From NCBI GenBank assembly GCA_963775425.1, contig CAVZJB010000003.1, positions 320,001-384,000 of the forward strand: DNA of 64,000 bases. The letters run 5' to 3'. Made by a program: the position numbers and the translations under genes. The first letter of the stretch is position 1. Every line of letters starts with the position of its first letter. The DNA is from an uncultured delta proteobacterium. GTDB lineage: Bacteria > Myxococcota > UBA727 > VGSZ01. The notes beneath the pieces are model-generated. The model was not told the DNA's origin and searched no databases. It saw nothing but the letters and a program-made list of their open reading frames with translations. This document shows, in pieces, positions 22,535 to 30,823 of the stretch.

Positions 22535-23347
22535 CAGCGCGTGCGCGACGGCGTCGTCGTCGAGGAACGGGCACGAGAGCGCCACGCCGGCGTCATCGAA
22601 GGCCGCTTGCACCAGCGGGAGGTAGTCCGCCGAGACATCGCGCCGCACGACGTGGTCGGCGCCGTCGCCGGTGATCACCCGCTCGAACCCGTCCTCCCGC
22701 AAGCGGCGCGCGAGGAGCAGCTTGGCCACCGGGTGCGCGTTGTACAGCGGGCACTCCATGGCGCGCACCGCCGCCGGCAGCGCCGCGCGAAAGTCCTCGG
22801 CGCCGACGTCGACGAGGACCACCGCGGCGCCGAAGCGCTCCGCCGTCCGCACCGCCTCGTCCGTCTCGCCGTAGCCCGGCATGCGCGGCGCCAGCACGTA
22901 CGCCGGCACCGCGCGGCCCGCCGCCTCGCGCACGAGCGCCAGGAGCACAGCGGAGTCGAGGCCGCCCGACAGGGCGAGCGCGGTCTTGTCGCCGGCGTGG
23001 AGCGCGCGGGCGACGGCGGCGCGCAAAAGCCCGCCGAGCGCAACGTCGCCGCCGGCGCCCGCGCGCGCCACGGGGACGCGCCCCCCGCCGGAGACCGCCG
23101 CGACGGAGAGCGTGCCGTCGTCGTCGCCGAGGGCCGCGCCGGGCGGGAGCTGCCGCACCGCCTCGAGGAACGTGCGGTACGGATCTCCTGCGCCGTCGAG
23201 GTGCGCGCGCAGAGCGTCGACGTCGACGGCGCGGGAGACGCCGGGGAACCGCCCGAGCAGCGCCCGCACCGAGGGCGCGTGTCCAAAGCCGGGCGCGTAC
23301 ACCACGCGGTGGAGACCGAAGGCGTCGCGCGCGGCGAGCTTCTTCAT
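22277..23347 (-). CDS. Asparagine synthetase-like protein with synthetase (adenylation) domain only
   Basis: ALSGGLDS PP-loop, TGDGAD, CPFLD; no N-terminal Cys-Gly glutaminase start. Confidence 0.8.
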   Translation of the reverse strand: MKKLAARDAFGLHRVVYAPGFGHAPSVRALLGRFPGVSRAVDVDALRAHLDGAGDPYRTFLEAVRQLPPGAALGDDDGTLSVAAVSGGGRVPVARAGAGGDVALGGLLRAAVARALHAGDKTALALSGGLDSAVLLALVREAAGRAVPAYVLAPRMPGYGETDEAVRTAERFGAAVVLVDVGAEDFRAALPAAVRAMECPLYNAHPVAKLLLARRLREDGFERVITGDGADHVVRRDVSADYLPLVQAAFDDAGVALSCPFLDDDAVAHALARPPDPDKRELRALGARLGVPEPLVTGPKRSRLSPPVGVAALVAPDASARLAARLGRPAPRPEDTDRAWMLWGTTALLLDAFAAA

Positions 23348-24249
23348 CCCTCGACAATCCGCAGGAGACGCGAGCGCTCGCGCTCGACCTCGTCGCGCCG
23401 CATCTGGCGGTGAGGGCCCGACTCGGCGGCGCCCCCGAAGCAGCGGGCGCAGGCCGCGAGCGGCTCCGGGCGGAGCAGGTAGGCGACGACGCGGGCGGCG
23501 TCGACGTCGTCGTCGAGGACGAGGCCGTCGTCGTCGGCGCTCCCGCCGTCGAGCGAGGCGAAGTGAGGCGGGCGCGTGCACGAGAACAGCACGCCGTCCT
23601 TCACGAGGTGGCAGCGCTCGCGGAGCCAACACGCGTCGTAGACCCGGCGGTTCTCGTCGACGTCGGCGCAGCGGGCAGGGCGGTCCATGCGCACGAAGCG
23701 GTCCTGACGTTTCCAGTTCAGCGCCACGTCGAAGCGGCGCGCGCGCTCGACGATCGCATCGATGCCGGCTCGAGGAAGCGCGGGCGCCGGGTACAGCGAG
23801 ATGGTGAGCGCGTCGACGGCCTCGAAGAACGCGTCCGGCATGCGCGGCAGGAGCAGGCCGTTGGTGGTGAGCGACACCTTCGGCGCGATCTCCGAGGCGC
23901 GCGCGACGCGGAGCAGCTCGACGATGTCGGGGTGCAAGGTGGGCTCGCCGCCGACGAGCTTGAACACGCGCGGCGCGAGCACCCGGCGCGCGCCGCGGAG
24001 GTCGGCGGCGAGCGCGTCCACGGGGGTGAGCCGGTTCGGGAGCAGGGGCGACAGCGAGCAGCAGCCGGCGCACGAGAGGTTGCAGTGGTCGACGACGTGG
24101 GCCTCGAGCAATCGCGTGCGCACACGCCCGTCGACGACGACGTAGCTGCGCTCGAGCGGCGGCGGGAACACGTGCGCACGGGGCGGTTCGCCGGCCCCGG
24201 CGTGGGTGTCGGGCGCGTCGTCGCCGGCCACAGCGTTCGGACGTGTCAC
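23344..24249 (-). CDS. Radical SAM protein
   Basis: HCNLSCAGC (CxxxCxxC), GGEPTLHP, TTNG; extra C-terminal cysteines (CWLRERC, SC, CARC). Confidence 0.9.
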   Translation of the reverse strand: MTRPNAVAGDDAPDTHAGAGEPPRAHVFPPPLERSYVVVDGRVRTRLLEAHVVDHCNLSCAGCCSLSPLLPNRLTPVDALAADLRGARRVLAPRVFKLVGGEPTLHPDIVELLRVARASEIAPKVSLTTNGLLLPRMPDAFFEAVDALTISLYPAPALPRAGIDAIVERARRFDVALNWKRQDRFVRMDRPARCADVDENRRVYDACWLRERCHLVKDGVLFSCTRPPHFASLDGGSADDDGLVLDDDVDAARVVAYLLRPEPLAACARCFGGAAESGPHRQMRRDEVERERSRLLRIVEG

Positions 24250-25223
24250 GTCGAGCCCTCCGCGACGAAGAACGCGCGCAGCGCCGCGCGGCCCCCGGCG
24301 AGAGCCTCGGTCATCGCGGCGATCCCGTCGAGCATCTCCACCGCGCCCGGGGCGCCGGCGAGGAAGCGCTCCGCGGGCCAATGCTTCACGGCGTGCGCGA
24401 CGAGGGCGACGTCGACGGCCCACGGCAGGAGCGCCCGGCGCAGCGGGCGCACCGCCACGTACGCGGCGACGAAGCGGCGCGCGAAGGACGGCGCCACGAG
24501 CGGCAGGTGGTTGAGGCAGCGGACCACCTCGAGCTCGCGCGGCCCGCACGCGGCGCGATCGAAGTCGAGCACCAGGGGCGCTGCGTGCCCGGCGTCGAAC
24601 AGGAAGTTGTGCACGTTGTAGTCGTTGTGCAGCGGCCCCGCGCGCGCCGTGTCAGCCGGGGGCGCGCCAAAGGAGCCGGGCCCGCTTTCGTCGATCAGGC
24701 GCAGGCGCGCGTCGAAGATCGGCGCGTAGCGGGCGCCGCCGGCGGCGACGACGGCCGCGCCGTCGGCGACGATGCGCGCGCGCTCCGCGGCCAGGTCGCG
24801 GGCGGCGGCGTCGGCGACGACGTCGGGGAGGCCGAGCGCGTTGTCATCGCCGAGCGCGTCGTGGAGCGCGGCGAGGGCGGCGCCGAGCGCGGCCCAGGTC
24901 TCGCCGTCGAGGGCGTCGTAGGACCGCTTGTGTCCCGGCGCCCACTCGGTCGCGAACGCGAGCGACGCGTCGTCGAGCTCGACGAGGGTCTCAACGCCGC
25001 GCGCGGGCACGAGCCGTTGGACGCGAACGCGGGGATCGGGGTGCGCGGCGAGCCGCTCGAGGAGCGCGTGCTCGGCGCGCGCGGCGCGGGCGTCGCCTGC
25101 GGCGAAGAGCTTGAGGGCGACGTCGACGCCGCCGCGCGTCACGCGCGTGACGCGCGACGACACGGGGACGCAGACGGCGTCGTCGCCGAGATCCCACCGC
25201 CGGGCGGCCGCGGCCGCCGTCAC
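24246..25223 (-). CDS. Aminoglycoside phosphotransferase-like small-molecule kinase
   Basis: VALK, LHNDYNVHNFLF and VLDFD motifs. Confidence 0.8.
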   Translation of the reverse strand: MTAAAAARRWDLGDDAVCVPVSSRVTRVTRGGVDVALKLFAAGDARAARAEHALLERLAAHPDPRVRVQRLVPARGVETLVELDDASLAFATEWAPGHKRSYDALDGETWAALGAALAALHDALGDDNALGLPDVVADAAARDLAAERARIVADGAAVVAAGGARYAPIFDARLRLIDESGPGSFGAPPADTARAGPLHNDYNVHNFLFDAGHAAPLVLDFDRAACGPRELEVVRCLNHLPLVAPSFARRFVAAYVAVRPLRRALLPWAVDVALVAHAVKHWPAERFLAGAPGAVEMLDGIAAMTEALAGGRAALRAFFVAEGST

Positions 25224-25984
25224 AGCGGCTCGCCCGGGCCCCAACGGTAGGGGTGCCCGGTGACGAACGTGTTCTTTCCGACGAAGCGCACCTTGTACAT
25301 CGCGGGCCGATAGAGGGCCTGCGGCGAGTTGTCGTCGACGCCGAAGCGCGCGAACAGCTCGCGCTCCACGAAGAACGCGTTGTTGCCGTTCTGGTCGCAA
25401 CACAACAGCTCGTAGCCCTTGTCGGCGCCGAGGGCGGCGAAGGAGGCGAGGCTCGCGCCGTAATACGTGCTGCCGTCCCACACGTGGTCGGGGTTGAGCT
25501 TCATCACCCAGCGCTCGGGGGGCTCGTAGTACGGGTTGTACTCGACGACGACGACGCGCGGCCGGTGGCGCTCGAGCGCGCGCCAGATCCACCAGTCGTT
25601 GCCGTCGACGTCGAGGGAGAGGAGGTCGAACGCGGCGGGGACGCCCGCGCCCGCGAGGGTGTCGTCGACGGTGTCGGGCTGCACGCGCGCGTGGACCATG
25701 GTGACCCGCGCCTCGTCCCAACGCTCGGCGGCGGCGTTGTCGCGCATGCGTCCGAAGCGATAGGCGTCCCCCTCGACGAGCACGGCGCGCCAGCCGTGCT
25801 CCTTCCACAGCAGCGCGGTGTTGCTGTTGCGGAGCCCGTCGCTCGCGCCGATGTCGATGCACACCCGGGTGGCCGGCTCGATGCGTGCGAAGATCCTCTG
25901 CAGGATGTCTTCCTCGGCGCCCTGCGCGTAGATGCTCTTCTTGAAGGCTCCCAGCCGGAATCGCTCCTGCTCGTCGTCGCTCAT
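25220..25984 (-). CDS. FkbM-like methyltransferase family protein
   Basis: YAQGAEED, IDIGASDG..SNT, LLSLDVDGND, YYGASL, GNNAFFV. Confidence 0.8.
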   Translation of the reverse strand: MSDDEQERFRLGAFKKSIYAQGAEEDILQRIFARIEPATRVCIDIGASDGLRNSNTALLWKEHGWRAVLVEGDAYRFGRMRDNAAAERWDEARVTMVHARVQPDTVDDTLAGAGVPAAFDLLSLDVDGNDWWIWRALERHRPRVVVVEYNPYYEPPERWVMKLNPDHVWDGSTYYGASLASFAALGADKGYELLCCDQNGNNAFFVERELFARFGVDDNSPQALYRPAMYKVRFVGKNTFVTGHPYRWGPGEPL

Positions 25985-26790
25985 CGGTCCCCCTCGGCGC
26001 GGCACCACAAGACCTCGCAGCGATCGTCCCACGGCCAGCCGCCGGCCGCCGCAGGGCCGACGAGCGCCTCGCGCTCGGTGGCGTACGTGTCGATGGCGCG
26101 GCGGCGCACCGCGCGCCGCGCGCCGACGTCGACGTCGACGCGCCGCCACAGCGCCGCGGCGGCGCGCACGACCGAGGCGGCGCCGCGCGCTCCGAGGTCG
26201 TCCCCCGCGGGCCCCTGCGGCCGCGCCGTCGCCGGTGGTGCGCCCGCGACGCGCAGGAAGTGGACGTCGTCGTCGGCGTCGTCGTCGCAGCAGGCGGGCG
26301 CTTCGCCGCCCAGCCGCGCCCAGGCCGCGCGCACGGCGCCGCGAGCGCGGGCGTAGGGGCGGTCCTCGTAGAGCGACAGCGGCGGGCCGGCGCGGCGCGC
26401 GCGCCAGGCGAGGGCGGCGTCGGCGGTGGCGCGATGGTCGACGTGGCCGCCGCAGGCGAGCGGTGCCCAGACGGCCTCGGGGCGGAGCTCGTCGACGAGC
26501 GCGTCGAGGCGGGCCGCGAGCCCGCGCACCAGCTCCGGCGGCAGCGCGGTGCCGCACAGCGCCGCCCAGGTCTTTGCGATGCCTCTCAGCGGCGCGTCGT
26601 CGAGGCCGAGGTGGACGGGGCGCGCGCCGAGGATGTCGAGCGCCGCGCGATCCTCGGCGGCGCGGCGCGGATCGTCCACGCGCGAAAACACCGTGGCGAC
26701 GACGACGCCCTCGCGCGCGGCGAGCGCGGCGCCCACCGAGAGCGCGGCGTCGTCGAGGTGCGGCGAGAGCACGAGGAGGGTGGCGCTCAC
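25981..26790 (-). CDS. PIG-L/LmbE family N-deacetylase
   Basis: SPHLDD and GGHVDH metal motifs; LYEDRPY. Confidence 0.85.
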   Translation of the reverse strand: MSATLLVLSPHLDDAALSVGAALAAREGVVVATVFSRVDDPRRAAEDRAALDILGARPVHLGLDDAPLRGIAKTWAALCGTALPPELVRGLAARLDALVDELRPEAVWAPLACGGHVDHRATADAALAWRARRAGPPLSLYEDRPYARARGAVRAAWARLGGEAPACCDDDADDDVHFLRVAGAPPATARPQGPAGDDLGARGAASVVRAAAALWRRVDVDVGARRAVRRRAIDTYATEREALVGPAAAGGWPWDDRCEVLWCRAEGDR

Positions 26791-28013
26791 GTCGCCCCCA
26801 TCGGCGCGCGCCGCTGCGCGAGCTCCTCGACGAGGTCCGCGACCCGGTCGGGCCCGCCGCCCTCGCCGAGCGAGCGCCCGATCGCGCGCGCGCGCTCGAC
26901 GACGGCGGGCGCGCGCACGGCGTCGAGCGCGGCGCCGACGGAGCCGGCGTCCGCGGCGGCGGGATCGACCGCGACGCCGGCGCCTGCGCGTTCGAGGAAG
27001 CGGGCCTGCAACGGCTGGTCGTTGCAGAGCGGCAGCAGGACGAGGGGCACGCCGCGCGCGAGCGACTCCACGACGCTGTTGGCGCCGCCGTGGGTGACGA
27101 CGGCGTCGACATGCGGCAGCACCCGGAGCTGCGGCGCGCTCCGCACGACGATGGCGTCCGGCGGGGCGGCCTGACGGAAGGCGTCGTCGTCGACGAGGTC
27201 GCCGGCGCTGGCGACGACCTGAAGGCCGCGGCGCGCCGCCGCCTCGAAGATCGCGGCGAACAAGCGGGGCTGGAAGAACGCCTGGCTGCCGAACGAGCAG
27301 TAGACGCGGGGCGCTCCCGGCGTGAGGCGCTCGAACGGAAAATCGACGCCGGCGTCGCGCGAATCGACGTCGTCGCCGGAAAACGGCGCGCCGACCGAGA
27401 ACACCCGCGCGTTGTCGGCGGCGGCGCGGGGCGCGTACGCGTCGACGGTGAAGGCGACGTTCAGCCACGGGCTCTCGGCGTCGGACACGAAGAAGCGCGG
27501 GACGTCGACGCCGTGATCGGCGAAGATCGCGCGGCGCGGGCCGTCGATGCGCGCGAGCGTGTCGGTGAGCGCGGTCCGCCACGAGGGCGGGGTGACGGGG
27601 TTGAGCGACGTGGAGACGCCGGCCCAGGGAACGCCGGCGCGGGCGCAGGCGACGGCGGCGGCGTAGCTCATGGGATCGGCGACGACGACGTCGGGGCGCG
27701 TACGCGCGAGGGCGGCCTCGAGGACGGGGACCTGCGCCGGCGCGCTGTCGACGAGGAGAGCCTCGACCCAGCGCGAGAGCCACGCGGCGTCGCGCAGGCG
27801 CTCGGCGAACTCCCTGCCGCGCGTGATCCGCTCCAGCGCCGGCGCGTCCGCGGACAGCGCCTCGCAGGCGACGGGGAGGCCGGCGAAGGCGGGCGCGACG
27901 TCGCCGAAGGCGGCGATGGCGACGTCGTGGCCGCGCTCCACGAGCCGGCGCACCGTGGGGAGCAGCGGGTTGAGGTGTCCCTTCTCGGGGATGGCGACGA
28001 CGAGGACGCGCAT
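26787..28013 (-). CDS. GT1 (MGT/UDP-glycosyltransferase) family glycosyltransferase
   Basis: GHLNP N-terminal motif, SFGS, and APQLRVL...THGGANSVVESL..GVP...DQ signature. Confidence 0.9.
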   Translation of the reverse strand: MRVLVVAIPEKGHLNPLLPTVRRLVERGHDVAIAAFGDVAPAFAGLPVACEALSADAPALERITRGREFAERLRDAAWLSRWVEALLVDSAPAQVPVLEAALARTRPDVVVADPMSYAAAVACARAGVPWAGVSTSLNPVTPPSWRTALTDTLARIDGPRRAIFADHGVDVPRFFVSDAESPWLNVAFTVDAYAPRAAADNARVFSVGAPFSGDDVDSRDAGVDFPFERLTPGAPRVYCSFGSQAFFQPRLFAAIFEAAARRGLQVVASAGDLVDDDAFRQAAPPDAIVVRSAPQLRVLPHVDAVVTHGGANSVVESLARGVPLVLLPLCNDQPLQARFLERAGAGVAVDPAAADAGSVGAALDAVRAPAVVERARAIGRSLGEGGGPDRVADLVEELAQRRAPMGAT

Positions 28014-28024
28014 GGTGTATGCGA

Positions 28025-29893
28025 TCAGCGCGGGCCATGGTGGCGCAGGAAGCCCTCCATGCCAATCACGCTGAAGAGGATGGCGCGCTTTTCGTCGTCG
28101 ACGCTCTCGCAGGAGGTGACGAACGCGTCGACGGCGTCGACGTCGAGGACCAGGGCGAGGCGCTCGCGCGCGACGGGCTCGGCGAGGAGCGCGCGGCACC
28201 GGTCGCGCCAGGCGTGACCGAGGCCTTCGTCCCGGGGCAGGGCGCTCTTGCGGCGCGCGACGATCTCGGGCGGCAACCAGGGCGCGACCGCGTCGCGCAG
28301 CGCCGCCTTCTCGGGGCCGCGGGGATCGCCGTCTTCGCGGAAGGCGGCGTCGACGTCGACGAGGTCGGCGGCGGTGACGACGCGGGAGTCGGCGAACGGC
28401 ACGCGCGCTTCGAGGCCGAAGGCCATCGTGTGCATGTCGCCGTTGTGCAGCAGCCGGGTGAGCCAGCGCTCACGCAACAAGGCGGCCATGGCGCGGCGGT
28501 TGCGGCGGAGCGCGCCGTGGCTGCCGTCGTCCGCCGTGAAGGCGTCGACGGTGCGCGCGTCGAAGTGCTGCAGTCGCTCGTCGACGAGCCACCGCAGCTC
28601 CTGCCGCACGAGGCCGCGCCGCGCGGAGAAGCCGAAGCGCTCGGCGAGCGCGCGCGGCGAAGCGCAGGTCGAGCGGTCGAGCGCGAACGCGTACCCGTAG
28701 TGCGTCTCGTCGGCGGCGTCGCCGACGAGGATCGCGCTCACGTCGCGGGACGCGGCCTGGGCCAGCGCCCGCTGCGAGAGCTCCTGCTCCCACGCGACGA
28801 TCCGATCCTGGGACGCGGTGAGATCCTCGAGATCGTCGACGAGCTGCCTGCGCGACGCCTGGACGCGCACGAGCTCGATGGGCCAGCGCTCGGCGAGGAG
28901 CTCGCTGTACGGGGCGTCGTCGCCGACGACGATGCTCCCCGGCGTCGTCCCGGGATCGTCGTCGAAGCGGATGCTGTAGCAGCGCAGCCTTCCCCCCTCG
29001 CCGGCCATCGCGTCGCGTCGCGCGCGCAGCGCCGCCGCGACGATCGCCGACGAGTCGACGCCGCCGGAGAGGAACGCGCCCACCGGGACGTCGGCGTCGA
29101 GGCGCTCGGCGACGGCGCGCTCGAGGCTCCCCGCGATGTCGCGCGCGCGGGGCGGTGCCGGCCCGGCCCGGTCCGGGCGGCGCAACCGCACCTGCACGGG
29201 GGTCCGGTCGGCAGCGCGGAGGTCGGCGAGGACCGGGCTCACCCCGCGGGGGAACGCGTGGGCGCCGAGGAACGGCACGTCGCCACCCGAGAGCGCGGGC
29301 GCGGCGAAGGTGCTCGCGGCGGCGCCCGGATCGAGCGGGATCGAGGGGAGGACCGCCGTCAGCGCCTTCAGCTCGGACGCGAACCAGATGGCGCCGTCGT
29401 GATGTGCCCAGACGAGCGGCTTGACGCCGAGCGGGTCGCGGCCGAGCACCGCGCGGCGCGCGCGCGCGTCCCACAGGCAGAACGCGTACTCCCCTTCGAT
29501 GTCCACCGGCGTCCGTGGCGGTTCGTCGTCGTCGCGCAGCAGCGCCAGCGCGAGCGCCCACAGCAGCACCTCGCTGTCGCTGTGCGTGCGAAAGATCGCA
29601 CCGCGCGTCTCGAGCAGCGGGCGCAGGCGGCGGTGGCCGTAGATCTCGCCGTTGACGACGAGGGTGAAGCGGCCGTCGGGCGTCGACATCGGCTGCCGCC
29701 CGTGCTCGACGTCGACGAGCGCGAGCCGCGTGTGCACCAGGGCGACGCCGTCGTCGACGAAGACGCCGTCGCCGTCGGGCCCGCGGTGCTGCAGGACGTC
29801 GCGCAGGGTGCGCGTGAAGGCCGGAGGCGGCCGGCCGCGCCGCGGGCAGGCCTCGTCGTCACGGTGAAAGAGGACGCCCGCGATCCCGCACAC
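28025..29893 (-). CDS. asnB: Glutamine-dependent amidotransferase, asparagine synthetase B family
   Basis: (M)CGIAG, HRGPD, NGEIY, RDPLGVKPL, LSGGVDSS, LEARVPF. Confidence 0.92.
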   Translation of the reverse strand: MCGIAGVLFHRDDEACPRRGRPPPAFTRTLRDVLQHRGPDGDGVFVDDGVALVHTRLALVDVEHGRQPMSTPDGRFTLVVNGEIYGHRRLRPLLETRGAIFRTHSDSEVLLWALALALLRDDDEPPRTPVDIEGEYAFCLWDARARRAVLGRDPLGVKPLVWAHHDGAIWFASELKALTAVLPSIPLDPGAAASTFAAPALSGGDVPFLGAHAFPRGVSPVLADLRAADRTPVQVRLRRPDRAGPAPPRARDIAGSLERAVAERLDADVPVGAFLSGGVDSSAIVAAALRARRDAMAGEGGRLRCYSIRFDDDPGTTPGSIVVGDDAPYSELLAERWPIELVRVQASRRQLVDDLEDLTASQDRIVAWEQELSQRALAQAASRDVSAILVGDAADETHYGYAFALDRSTCASPRALAERFGFSARRGLVRQELRWLVDERLQHFDARTVDAFTADDGSHGALRRNRRAMAALLRERWLTRLLHNGDMHTMAFGLEARVPFADSRVVTAADLVDVDAAFREDGDPRGPEKAALRDAVAPWLPPEIVARRKSALPRDEGLGHAWRDRCRALLAEPVARERLALVLDVDAVDAFVTSCESVDDEKRAILFSVIGMEGFLRHHGPR

Positions 29894-29946
29894 GTCCGTC
29901 GCAGTACCCCGTTCGCGCGCGCCTCGCACGGGCGTATCCCGCGCCC

Positions 29947-30711
29947 GTGCCGGTCACGCGCGTGCGCCCGCCGGGCGTCACCCCGTTGGAGCTGTGGGAC
30001 GTGCTCGTCGACGGCGCGCCGCTCCACCTCGTGCCCCCCGCGCGCTGGCCCGCCGCCGCCGCGCGCGTCGTGGCGGCGTTGCGCGCAGGGGCCGCCGCCC
30101 GGTCCGGCGCCGCCCCCTACGCGGCCGTCGACTTCCGCGACGTCGTCGTCGGCGGCGGGCGCGCGCGCGCCGTCGTGGACGCGCTGGCGGCCATCGGGAT
30201 CGCGGCTCGTGTCTCGCCGGATCCCACGTTTGTCGCCGCGGCCGGCGGCCGCCTCCTGCTCGCGAGCGTCGTCGGTGTCGTCGCGGGCGCAGGGGTCGTC
30301 GTCGACGTCGGACAGAGCGCGATCAAGCGATGCGGCGGCGGCGGCCGCGCCACCTTCGTCCGCGATCCGCGCGTCGTGCCGCCCACGCCGTCGCCCGCCG
30401 CCCGCGACGCCGCGTTGGACTTCATCGCCGCCGCCATGTCCCCCAAGCACGCGCGGCCGGCGGGGATCGTCCTCGCCTTGCCGTGCGAGATCGGCGACGA
30501 CGGCGCCGCCGGCGCGTGCACCTACCCCTGGCGCGAGGGCGAACGCATCGTCGACGATGTTCTTGCGCGCGCGGGCCTCGCCGGCGTGCCGTGCGCCGTC
30601 CTCAACGACGCCGAGCTCGCCGCCGTCTCCGTCGACGTGCTCCTCGGGCCGCCGCGGCCGACGCTGGTGCTGACAGCGGGCACCGGGCTTGGCGCCGCCT
30701 TGCTTACATGA
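29947..30711 (+). CDS. ROK/ASKHA-fold-like protein (short)
   Basis: VVVDVGQSAIK, LNDAELAA, LTAGTGLGAA; transcribed divergently from asnB. Confidence 0.6.
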   Translation: MPVTRVRPPGVTPLELWDVLVDGAPLHLVPPARWPAAAARVVAALRAGAAARSGAAPYAAVDFRDVVVGGGRARAVVDALAAIGIAARVSPDPTFVAAAGGRLLLASVVGVVAGAGVVVDVGQSAIKRCGGGGRATFVRDPRVVPPTPSPAARDAALDFIAAAMSPKHARPAGIVLALPCEIGDDGAAGACTYPWREGERIVDDVLARAGLAGVPCAVLNDAELAAVSVDVLLGPPRPTLVLTAGTGLGAALLT

Positions 30712-30823
30712 GCGCGCATCCCTTGGTCCGGGTCGGCCGCACGGACACAACAGCCCACATCCTCGCCGGTCTTTGACACGCGATCGGCCCGGCCGGTAAC
30801 GTCGAGAGGGCACCGTTTTTTCG

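Noticed and set aside
22277-29893. Lasso peptide cluster
   Set aside because: AsnB-like genes are present, but I see no RRE/PqqD, transglutaminase-like peptidase or precursor.
20668-30800. Mobile element or integrative island call for the tailoring cluster
   Set aside because: No integrase, transposase or att-like direct repeats are visible, so island status cannot be supported from this window alone.
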